DNA from: Macrostomum hystrix
Taxonomy: Eukaryota > Animalia > Platyhelminthes
Length of the DNA stretch: 64,000 bases
Reading direction: 5' to 3'
NCBI GenBank assembly: GCA_950097015.1
Contig: CATNEN010000030.1
Location: 2,604,001-2,668,000 of the forward strand
The notes beneath the pieces were generated by a model, which had not been told where the DNA came from, did no database searches, and saw only the letters and a program-made list of their open reading frames with translations. The first letter of the stretch is position 1, and each line of letters starts with the position of its first letter. Position numbers and translations under genes: made by a program. Below, piece by piece: positions 11,301 to 23,300 of the stretch.

Positions 11301-14300
11301 CTGTAGCCTAGTGGTTAGAGCGTCGGGCTAACGATTTGAAGGTCGGGGGTTCGATTCCCAGCTGAACTGAAACAATTTGTGTCTTTTAGCATTATACTCC
11401 CATTTCAAGTGAGGGCAGTACACGCCAGAGTCACGCGTCATTGACCTTGAGGCTAAAAATAGAAACACATGCAAACAGTGCGCGCCTCCTGGCCTTGGGT
11501 GTGCTACCGGAAAATTCCACTTCGATTCTACAGTAATCTACAGTAAACTAGGAAATCTCGCTTTCGACTGCGGTGATGCTATGATGTGCGTTCCACGATA
11601 AAACTAAAGTTTTAAATATCGTTAATTACCTGAACAAGCCGCTGGCGACTGATGGCAGCGAACGCGTCCACATCGGCCTGAGCCATGCGCTGGCTCTGCG
11701 ACTCGCTTATGGGCCACACAAAGGGATGAGTCTGGTCAGACGCTGCGGGTCACGTTGGGAGTTAATCCCAAGCATCACACACATGGACTATGCATTAAAA
11801 ACTTCAAGATGCAACTCGGAACAGAAACAATACTCACAGCTCATTGGTAGGTGGACATCAAACTCGAGGCTGTGCTGCTCAGGTAGTGTGATTAAGTCGG
11901 ATAGGGCTCGACTCAACTTGATGCGCCTTCTGTGACCAACCTGATTGTGGATGAGTAATTTTGTCAAATAAGTCGAATATGTGTACAATAATAGTGCATT
12001 TCGACTAACGTAAACTAATTCGAATTCACTAAAGCCAATCTCTTTTGCTATTCTGATGCTTATCGTTAATTTCCTCTACCCATCACTTATTTCTGCCGCT
12101 TCGCTATAAACTAAAGACAGTTGAAACTACAGCATGGATCATGATTGGATGTAAACAAGCACATGCTTAGCTTGAGCTAGTAAACTTCAGCTAGTGATCT
12201 TCAGCTAGTGAACTTCAGCTAGTGAACTTCAGCTAGTGAACTTCAACTAGTGAACTTCAGCTGGTAAACTTCAGCTAGTGAACTTCAGCTAGTGAACTTC
12301 AGCTAGTGAACTTCAGCTAGTGAACTTCAGCTAGTGAACTTCAGCTAGTGAACTTCAGCTAGTGAACTTCAGCTAGTGAACTTCAGCTAGTGAACTTCAG
12401 CTAGTGAACTTCAGCTAGTGAACTTCAGCTAGTGAACTTCAGCTAGTGAACTTCAGCTAGTGAACTTCAGCTAGTGAACTTCAGCTAGTGAACTTCAGCT
12501 AGTGAACTTCAACTAGTGAACTTCAGCTAGTGAACTTCAGCTAGTAAACTTCAGCTAGTGAACTTCAGCTAGTGAACTTCAGCTAGTGAACTTCAGCTAG
12601 TGAACTTCAACTAGTGAACTTCAGCTGGTAAACTTCAGCTAGTGAACTTCAGCCATCAAACTTCAGCTAGTAAACTTCAGCTAGTGAACTTCAGCTAGTG
12701 AACTTCAGCTAGTGAACTTCAACTAGTGAACTTCAGCTAGTGAACTTTAGCTAGTGAACTTCAGCTAGTGAACTTCAGCTAGTGAACTTCAGCTAGTGAA
12801 CTTCAACTAGTGAACTTCAGCTAGTGAACTTCAGCTAGTGAACTTCAGCCATCAAACTTCAGCTAGTAAACTTCAGCTAGTGAACTTTAGCCATCAAACT
12901 TCAGATAGTAAACTTCAGCTAGTGAACTTCAGCCATCAAACTTCAGCTAGTGAACTTCAGCTAGTGAACTTCAGCTAGTGAACTTCAGCTAGTGAACTTC
13001 AGCTAGTGAACTTCAGCTAGTGAACTTCAGCCATCAAACTTCAGCTAGTAAACTTCAGCTAGTGAACTTCAGCCATCAAACTTCAGATAGTAAACTTCAG
13101 GTTGCAAGCTTCAGCTAACAAACCCTAGCTGGTAAACTAGTCGATTAATAACATTTAAATCTCTAAAAATGTATGCACATTTTGTCAGTTTCTTTCCGAC
13201 CAAAATTTGCTCACTCTGCGGCCGGCCATATCTCTCTGAATATCGATCCTTTCGTCCTCTTCGCTGACAAACCCGAAGCTGTCGTCGGCATCGACGCCGG
13301 CTCCTCCTGCGTCATCGGGCAGAGTGCGGCCCTTGATGAGGACGCGACCGCGAAGGCCGCTGGGGCAGGTGAACGCCCCGGTGGCCGGACCCGGCAGCAG
13401 CCAGTCGCTCAGGTGGGCCCGAATGTGGCCAACTAGCAGGGCCTGCTGAGCCAGGCCACAGTGATTCTCCAGGCCGATGATCAGGGGCATGCTGGGCGGA
13501 TTGGCGGGTGGGTGGCAGAGGGTTTGCCTCTCGCACCGAGCTTGATCCCACGGCGAGGCCACATTCATTTGGGGCGCAGCCGCGGAGAGAAGGCTTGGGG
13601 GCTTGTCGTGCAATTTACGCCCTTGAGGGCCAACCTCCAAAACACAGTGAATGTGTACACTGCCTGACGATGAGAAAGTCAGGGCAGATGTACACACCTT
13701 TGGTTAGCGTGTGCCTGTGTACGCTATCTGTGTGCGTGTGTGCTCAGGAGTCAGCGGAATGGGCAGAATTGCCTCCTCGCTGGCTGCGGGTCTAGTGTCA
13801 CCAAATGATGTGCCACTGCCCGCAGCCCTCGTGCAATTATTATAATTATCATTATACTGAGCGGATAGTTCGTTCTTGAATTGTTAGGTCTGCTGCTAAT
13901 GCAGTAAGTACTCTTCAATTATGGTAAAGGTAAAAGTGTCAAAAAAAAGATTTTTTCTGAGTGTTAGGATTATTTTAGTCGGAATGGATAGAAATAAACG
14001 TCGAACTGGATTTAATAAATTATGGGATTTCATTCCTATGCCAGTTACTATACTCAAGACTAGCCATTCCGTCTCTGATTTGGATTAGGAGTGCATTTAG
14101 AATATTCGGCAATTTCATTTCGACACTCACTGCTTAAATATTCACCATGCATGCAGGGCCAGCATGGCTCTAATCCGCTCGCTACAGATTGATAGGGATT
14201 AAAAATAGGAAAAAAATACACTGCGAGTGCTTCAGTGCAGAAATCTACTGCCTTTTGATTGCTATTTCCTTTTGTATTGAACTACTACTTTCAATGCCAT

Positions 14301-17300
14301 CTCCATCAATCCCATTTTTCCTCTTTTTTTTTATTTCTCTGCAGGCAGGCGGGCAGGCAGGCGGGCGGGCGGGTTTAGACAAACAACACGCACAATGCTC
14401 TCTGACTGCTCAACTTACTCGGTGCCGTGGAAGGCGAACTGGCGAATCGTGCGCAGCGCGTCCACCGCCCGGATCTTGCTGGTCAGGGTGTGGCCGTGGT
14501 ACACTATCGGCTCTCCATCGGCTCCGTCCCAGACTTCCACTGCGGATTTGAAAAGGATTTGTTATAGTAGGCAGTGCGGAGAGGGAATAGGGTATTAATT
14601 CCTGAGAGGGGATACGAGTATTTTGTAGGCGAAGCTCGCCTGTCGTGCGAGATCTCTCGTATCCACCGATTGCCTGCGCAGCGTCCAGGGCAGTGCAAGT
14701 CGGTTCTGATTCTCAAATTACATTGAGGGATCCACATTTTCGCTTGATGTTTTGTAAAATGAGCTTTATGTATTCCAATTATCTTGCCTGCAATGATGAT
14801 AATCTTCAATTTTACTTTTAAAAAACTCTTTAAAAAGCTAACTAGGAGATCAGCAAAACTATAGCAAGAAACAAATTTCAAATTTGTACCGAACAAATGG
14901 GTTTTTGCTTCGTGGGCTATTTTAAGTAACAGAATCTTATTAACGTGATAGTATATTATATTTTTAGCTACAAAGGGTAACTATTGTGCAATTTTAGCTA
15001 TTTTTTATATCTTATCTCAACGCCGATTAGAACCCTATGTTCCCGTGTATGTTATTTTTAGCTTCCCAAGGCCGATTTGCACGCGATTCTAGCGTGTGTT
15101 CTATTTTTAGCATCCGAAGGCCAATTCACACGCGATGTTAGCGTGTCCAAATTCTACTACAAAGGTCATTTACTGATGGCTCATCCTAAGCTAGCTTGGC
15201 GCATTCGCCCGCCACTATTGGTGACCTTGACATTTGACGGCATATATTGCATATATGCGTCACTACGAGGAGTTAAAGTAGATCTTAATATTGGATTTTG
15301 TTCAAACGATAGTCGCTATGCCAGTATTGCACAGGTAGGAAAGTATGGAGCGCCACACTTTGGCAGCTTGATTGAGTCTTAAGAGTTCCAGTCTGAACCG
15401 GATTCTCAAAATCTACAAGGCTGCAGTGCGGCGTCATTTAAACGAATTTGCTTAAGAAAATTGGATTAAAAGTTGGCTGGCTGGCTGGGCTAGTCACTGT
15501 GTACTTTACTAGCGTAAGAACACATTGACAGCTTCGGGACAGGTATAAAGTGTAAAGTTCTTACATTCAATGTAGCGGACTTTGTCCCTCAGAGCTCGCT
15601 CGTAGCCGTCACAACTGGACTCGCTCTTCAACTGGTCGCCCATCAGGAATCTGAGTTTGGGTGGAATCATTTTGAAGTTCGCAGTTTAGGGCTAATGTGA
15701 TTGCGTTCTGTAGCATCAACGTTGAGGAATTGTCTGGAGTAGAAACAGGACAGGGGAATTGTCTGGAGTAGGAACAGGACTGAGGAATTGTCTAGAGTAG
15801 GAATATGACAGAGGAATTGTCTGGAGTAGGAATATGACAGGGGAATTGTCTAGAGTAGGAATATGACAGAGGAATTGTCTGGAGTAGGAATATGACAGGA
15901 ATTGTCTGGAGTAGGAATATGACAGAGGAATTTTCTGGAGTAGGAATATGACAGAGGAATTGTCTGGAGTAGGAATATGACAGAGGAATTGTCTGGAGTA
16001 GGAACAGGACAGAGGAATTGTCTGGAGTAGGAACAGGACAGGGGAATTGTCTGGAGTAGGAATATGACAGAGGAATTGTCTGGAGTAGGAATATGACAGA
16101 GGAATTGTCTGGAGTAGGAATATTACAGAGGAATTGTCTGTAGTAGGGATATGACAGAGGAATTGTCTGGAGTAGGAATATGACAGAGGAATTGTCTGGA
16201 GTAGGAACAGGACAGGGGAATTGTCTGGAGTAGGAATATGACAGGGGAATTGTCTGGAGTAGGAATATGACAGAGGAATTGTCTGGAGTAGGAACAGGAC
16301 AGAGGAATTGTCTGGAGTAGGAATATTACAGAGGAATTTTCTGTAGTAGAAATATGACAGAGGAATTGTCTGGAGTAGGAATATGACAGGGGAATTGTCT
16401 GGAGTAGGAATATGACAGAGGAATTGTCTAGAGTAGGAATATGACAGAGGAATTGTCTGGATTAGGAACAGGACACAGGAATTGTCTGGAGTAGGAACAG
16501 GACAGAGGAATTGTCTGGAGTAGGAATATGACAGAGGAATTGTCTGGAGTAGGAATATGACAGGGGAATTGTCTGGAGTAGGAATATGACAGAGGAATTG
16601 TCTGGAGTAGGAATATGACAGAGGAATTGTCTGGAGTAGGAATATGACAGAGGAATTGTCTGGAGTAGGAATATGACAGAGGAATTGTCTGGAGTAGGAA
16701 TATGACAGAGGAATTGTCTGGAGTAGGAATATGACAGAGGAATTGTCTGGAGTAGGAATATGACAGGGGAATTGTCTGGAGTAGGAATATGACAGAGGAA
16801 TTGTCTGGAGTAGGAACAGGATGGATGCAATGTACAAGGACTTTGAGATTAAAGACGTCTTTTTGATGACGAAGTTTCAGAGAATTTAGAAAAATTTAGA
16901 GGTGCTTGACATGTGAAAAATCGCTTTGAAACCAGAAAAATGAAAATACTACATTGGTTTTGCGGAAAGGTGTTAAAATTTTGAAGAAATCCAAAAGACA
17001 AGGAAAGTTGTATTAAAAAATGAACGACTCGAAATGGCTCGATGGAAGCTGACCAGTGTTCCATCACCTGTTCATAAAACAGTTTCACGTATTTGAGAAC
17101 AGCTTAAAACACGCAAAGATTGGTTCCTGTAATTGTTTTGCAAATTTTATGCATTTGTCTGCGCATTCTCTTAAGTGTGCTCAATTAAGCTCAAGTGTCT
17201 CACGTTTTGTGTGAGGCGCTGATGAAATAATTGGCCAGCGGCTGGCTCATGTCCTGGCAGACAGCGCGGTGTTCCGGGTCAAGGATGTCGCAGTGCTCGG

Positions 17301-20300
17301 ACTGAAGGTAGGCTGTGAAACCTGGGGGGAGTTGTTATGATTTATTCCTGTGCAAATCTTATTCTATTGGCCTTCATTTATCCCATTTTAATATGAATGA
17401 TATTGACCACTGATTACACATGGACTGTACGGCTGTTCAGTCCATGGACTGGGGGGGCTACACCCACCCTGGTACAAGTACCCATTTAAGAGCTGGGTGA
17501 ACTGAAGTGTTTAGCTAATGGACACAATTTTTTTCGACCTTTTTTCGACCTTCAAGTCGTGAGTTCGACGCTCTAAAACCCCTAGGCTACAACCTTCTGC
17601 ACTAAAATGTGCAGGCCACAAAATCCCACAATTAGTTCAGGTGCAACTACTTGACATCCCATTAAAATGGAGAAGAAACTGATCCCACATCTGCTCACCA
17701 TCGATTCCCAGCTGGCCGCAGCGTCTGCCCTCAGAGGACGGCTCGAATTCGTTGATGAGCTCAATACAGCGCTCCTTTGTAATCCTAGGGTTCTGCGTTA
17801 ATTAGATTGGAAATTTAGTTGCGAATCACTCTTGCCAAACTTTACCTAATTCATTTTGTAAGCATCATTATAAGGGCAAGCCTTGACCCCCCACCCTCAG
17901 AGAGCTCGGCTGACCCTCCTTACCCCCTGCTCGGTCTCGATGAAGCTCTGCAGGTCGCCAACTGACAGACAATCTCCGTCTGACGAGTATCTGCAAGGGG
18001 AGAGGAATGCGGGTTGGGGAAGTGACAAAATAGGGGTGACGCCGACATTCCAGACTGAATAAAGAAGAGCCGACAATTCCATTCCATTCCATTCCATTCC
18101 ATTCCATTCCATTCCATTCCATTCCATTCCATTCCATTCTATCCTATTCTATTCTATTCTATTCCATTCTATACTATAACTATTCAATGCTACTCCATTC
18201 TGATCTATTCAGTTCTGTTCTATTCTATTCTATTCTATTCTTCTCTATTCTATTATATTCTATTCTATTCCATTCTATTCTATTCTATTCTATTCCATTC
18301 TATTCTATTCTATTCCATTCTATATTCAATGCTACTCCATTCTGATCTATTCAGTTCTGTTCTATTCTATTCCATTCTATTCTACTCTATTCTATTATAT
18401 TCTTTTCTATTCTATTCCATTCTATTCTATTCTATTCTATTCCATTCTATTCTATTATATTCTATTCCATTCTATTCCTATTCTATTCTATTCTATTCTA
18501 TTATTTTCTATTCCATTCTATTTCATTCTATTCTATTCTATTCTATTCTATTCTATTCTATTCTATTCTATTATATTATATTTTATTCTACTCAATTCTA
18601 TTATATTCTATTCTATTCCATTCTATTCTATTCTCCAGCGCCAGTAAGGTTCTACGAGCATTAAAAAGCTTCAAAATTCAGGTCAGGTTGCGAAAAGCTT
18701 GCTCGAGTTGTTTGACCTTTTAAGCCATATTTATCCTTTTCCTTTTTAGAGTGAAAATCCCTATGAAAAAGTGACATATATCGCCAGCAGTCACTCGATA
18801 TCGCTGATCGACAACCCAAAATCGTCACGCAAGGCTTGAGTGCAGCACTCGGAGTGGAGGGGCAAGGTGACACTGAAATCTAACTTATATATATATAAGT
18901 CATATATAAGTTAATATATATATATATGTTATATATAAGTCTGACCTGCAAGGTGAGACTCTAATGATTTACAGAAACTAATCGATAGAATTTATAGACA
19001 TCACCTTAGGCTAGCTTTTCGCTTTAATTATATTCGCTTTTAGTGTGAAAGAATTGACGAATTCTACATTTGAGGTAGAAAAAAGAATTATGCTAAATTT
19101 TAATTCTGTATATTGAAATTTCGGTTTCACATTGTCTATATATAAGGAAGTTGATTGTAAGCATAGACTTCGTTGATAAAAATGTCTATATAGAATATAG
19201 TTAAAAAAATTTAGCATTTTATGGCTTTTCATAAAGCACGATCAACCAGTCTACCTGGCTAGCTACTTGATCCCCAATCTCCACGGCAACTTCCCACCTG
19301 ATTAGCTGCATGATCCCCAATCTCCACGGCAAATTCCCACCTGATTAGCTGCATGATCCCCAATCTCCACGGCAAATTCCCACCTGGCTAGCTACATGAT
19401 TCCCAATCTCCACGACAAATTCCCACCTGGCTAGCTACATGATTCCCAATCTCCACGGCAAATTCCCACCTGGCTAGCTACATGATTCCCAATCTCCACG
19501 GCAACTTCCCACCTGATTAGCTGCATGATCCCCAATCTCCACGGCAAATTCCCACCTGGCTAGCTACATGATTCCCAATCTCCACGACAAATTCCCACCT
19601 GGCTAGCTACATGATTCCCAATCTCCACGACAAATTCCCACCTGGCTAGCTACATGATTCCCAATCTCCACGGCAAATTCCCACCTGGCTAGCTACATGA
19701 TTCCCAATCTCCACGGCAAATTCCCACCTGGCTAGCTACATGATTCCCAATCTCCACGGCAACTTTCCACCTGATTAGCTAGATGATCCACAGTCTCCAT
19801 GGGAACTTCCCACCTGACTAGCTGCATGATTCCCAATCTCCACGGCAAATTCCCACCTGGCTAGCTACATGATTCCCAATCTCCACGACAAATTCCCACC
19901 TGGCTAGCTACATGATTCCCAATCTCCACGACAAATTCCCACCTGGCTAGCTACATGATTCCCAATCTCCACGGCAACCCGCCTACCTGACTAGCTACCT
20001 TGTCCCCAGTCTCCATGGCAACCCACCCACCTGACTAACTACCTTGTCCCGAGTCTCCATGGCAACTTCCCACCTGACTAGCTGCATGATCCCCAATCTC
20101 CATGGCAACTTCCCACGTGATTAGCTACATGATCCCCAGTCTCCACGGCAACTTTTCACCTGATTAGCTACATGATTCCCAATCTCCACGGCAAATTCCC
20201 ACCTGGCTAGCTACATGATTCCCAATCTCCACGGCAACCCGCTTACCTGACTAGCTACCTTGTCCCCAGTCTCCATGGCAACCCACCCACCAGACTAGCT

Positions 20301-23300
20301 ACATGATCCCCGATCTCCATGGCAACCCCCATACCTGACTAGCTACATGATCCTTAGTCTCCATGGCAACCCGCCTACCTGACTAGCAGGAAGTAAATCT
20401 CTGGCCGAGTGGCGATCTCCTTGAACAGGCTGGCAAACTCCGAGCTGCTTAATCGGCCAGGCGAGGCGACCGGATTCAGCAGGTCCACTTCCTGTCAAGA
20501 TGTCATCAGTGCAAGTCACCAGTGATGTATACGAGTACTAATATGAGCAATATAACTATACTGCGCGATGTGTCTAGTCCTTTATTTTATGGTGGTTAAA
20601 GGTGTGCTTCCAGTTTATAGTCAAGTACGAATACAGGCCATCTAGGTAATAAATCTATTTATGATATATTTGTAACTACGGACTCCAAATCTGTTTCCCT
20701 GGGCTATAGAGCTTCAAATTACTCAGCTGTAAAACGGGCAAAAGCATTAACTGGGGAAGAAATTCGTGTGGGATGGTTGATTTCCCAGTCCATGGACTGA
20801 ACAGCTGTACAAAGCCAGCGCGCAGCGATTAATTCTATCCTCAAAGCCCAAAGGACTTAAGCTTTCAGAAGGATTTTCCTTAAGATTTTTAACTTAAATC
20901 CTGAATCCCAGAGGATCAAAATGTAGGCAAAAGTTCAAAAGAATTCCAGCTTCATGTTAACAAAGGATGCAGATTTTTAATGCTATAAATCCTTTGATAG
21001 AAGCCCCAAAAATATGTTCTGGCAAAGTGCATTAGTCTACAGCACGGAGTGTTACCGGGTGGGGCCTGCGAGTAGTAGACAGATCGAATATAAATTTCAT
21101 CGCTTTCGGCGCCGAAGTAACGGAAGCTACCTTTAATTTGGTCCGAATTCGAATTGAATTAACGCCTGTGTTGAATTTCTTAACCAGCTGGATGGCCGAC
21201 TGCTCGTCTAGGAGGCCCTCACTGTCCAGCGAGGCTGTGGAGAACAGCTCCTCTAGCCACCTGCGGGTGAGTTTGAGTCACTCTTCTCAGTTCTTGGGAC
21301 TGGTTGAGTCACTCTTCTCAGTTCTTGGGACTGGTTGAGTCACTCTTCTCAGTTCTTGGGACTGGTTGAGTCACTCTTCTCAGTTCTTGGGACTGGTTGA
21401 GTCACTCTTCTCAGTTCTTGGGACTGTTTGAGTCACTCCTCTCAGTTCTTGGGACTGGTTGAGTCACTCTTCTCAGTTCTTGGGACTGTTTGAGTCACTC
21501 TTCTCAGTTCTTGGGACTGTTTGAGTCACTCTTCTCAGTTCTTGGGACTGGTTGAGTCACTCCTCTCAGTTCTTGGGACTGGTTGAGTCACTCTTCTCAG
21601 TTCTTGGGACTGGTTGAGTCACTCTAATCAGTTCTCGTTACTGTTTGAGTCACTCTTCTCAGTTCTCGGTACTGGTTGAGTCACTCTTCTCAGTTCTCGG
21701 TACTGTTTGAGTCACTCTTATCAGTTCTCGGTACTGGTTGAGTCACTCTTCTCAGTTCTCGGTACTGTTTGAGTCACTCTTATCAGTTCTCGTTACTGTT
21801 CGAGTCACTCTTATCAGTTCTCGTTATTGTTTGTGTCACTCTTATCAGTTCTTGGTACTGGTTGGGTCACTCTTGACTGTTTTAGGGTCACACTTATTAG
21901 TTTAAGGCAAAATTTTGTCAGTTTTTAATCTCTGTTCTCTCATCTTTCTCTCCCTCTCTCCCATTATTTCAAAAAGTGCAGCCAAATTTTTTCTGGTTTA
22001 TTTTTTGTGCACATGGACTCTGTGAGTGCGCACTACTAAATTTTTTTAGAACTTAGCTGAACTTACCGGTCACGCATGAGCTGCGGCCTCTCCTGACCCG
22101 GCTCACCTCCCGGCTCTGTGTAAGTTCATTGCAATTATTTATTCTTTTTAATGTTTCGTAAGATGTTGAGTCCAGTGCCACGTCTGGTACGCCAACAAGC
22201 CCTTCTGGCGCCACCAAAATCCCTCAAAGATCCACTCTCCGTTCAAACCCTCCAATAATCGGCCCTCTCCCTTCCAATCCTCCAATAATCCGCCCTCTCC
22301 TCTTAAATCCTCCAATAATCCGCCCTCTCCCTTCCAATCCTCAAACAATCCGCCCTCTCCTCTTAAATCCTCCAATAATCCGCCCTCTCCCTTCAAATCC
22401 TCCAATAATCCGCCCTCTCCCTTCAAATCCTCCAATAATCCGCCCTCTCACTTCAAATCCTCCAATAATCCGCCCTCTCACTTCAAATCCTCCAATAATC
22501 CGCCCTCTCCCTTCAAATCCTCCAATAATCCGCCCTCTCACTTCAAATCCTCCAATAATCCGCCCTCTCCCTTCAAATCCTCCAATAATCCACCCTCTCC
22601 CTTCAAATCCTCGAATAATCCACCCTCTCCCTTCAAATCCTCCAATAATCCGCCCTCTCCCTTCAAATCCTCCAATAATCCACCCTCTCCCTTCAAATCC
22701 TCGAATAATCCGCCCTCTCCCTTCAAATCCTCCAATAATCCACCCTCTCCCTTCAAATCCTCGAATAATCCACCCTCTCCCTTCAAATCCTCCAATAATC
22801 CGCCCTCTCCCTTCAAATACTCCAATAATCCGCCCTCTCCCTTCAAATCCTCCAATAATCCGCCCTCTCCCTTCAAATCCTCCAATAATCCGCCCTCTCA
22901 CTTCAAATCCTCCAATAATCCGCCCTCTCACTTCAAATCCTCCAATAATCCGCCCCTTCCTTCAAATACTCCAATAATCCGCCCTCTTCCTTCAAATACT
23001 CCAATAATCCGCCCTCTTCCTTCAAATACTCCAATAATCCGCCCTCTTCCTTCAAATCCTCCAATAATCCGCCCTCTCCCTTCAAATCCTCCAATAATCC
23101 GCCCTCTTCCTTCAAATCCTCCAATAATCCGCCCTCTCCCTTCAAATCCTCCAATAATCCGCCCTCTCACTTCAAATCCTCCAATAATCCGCCCTCTCAC
23201 TTCAAATCCTCCAATAATCCGCCCCTTTCTTCAAATACTCCAATAATCCGCCCTCTTCCTTCAAATACTCCAATAATCCACCCTCTTCCTTCAAATACTC

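Noticed and set aside
11300-11375. tRNA gene candidates (also 29646, 42432, 17530-17597, 6150-6222, 41862)
   Set aside because: There is no paired acceptor stem, the anticodon loops differ between copies, and all continue into shared SINE bodies.
12170-13100. tgaacttca units as heat-shock elements
   Set aside because: An HSE needs nGAAnnTTCn; the spacing here is GAAnTTC.
13660-13692. ctgacgatgagaaagtcag as a hammerhead ribozyme core
   Set aside because: CUGANGA is not followed by stem II and GAAA in the required geometry; it is a simple stem-loop.
15716-16837. Long ORFs over tandem arrays (also 22148-24099, 30829-31401, 31894-32724, 35677-37007, 39476-40041, 40198-40895, 52921-53449, 60470-60836)
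   Set aside because: They are translations of stop-poor minisatellites, often open in several frames or on both strands, and mostly lie inside introns or UTRs of well-supported genes.
18076-18633. (CATTC)n resembling human satellite II/III as contamination
   Set aside because: It is short, grades into (TATTC)n, and is embedded in a phase-consistent PLCL intron.
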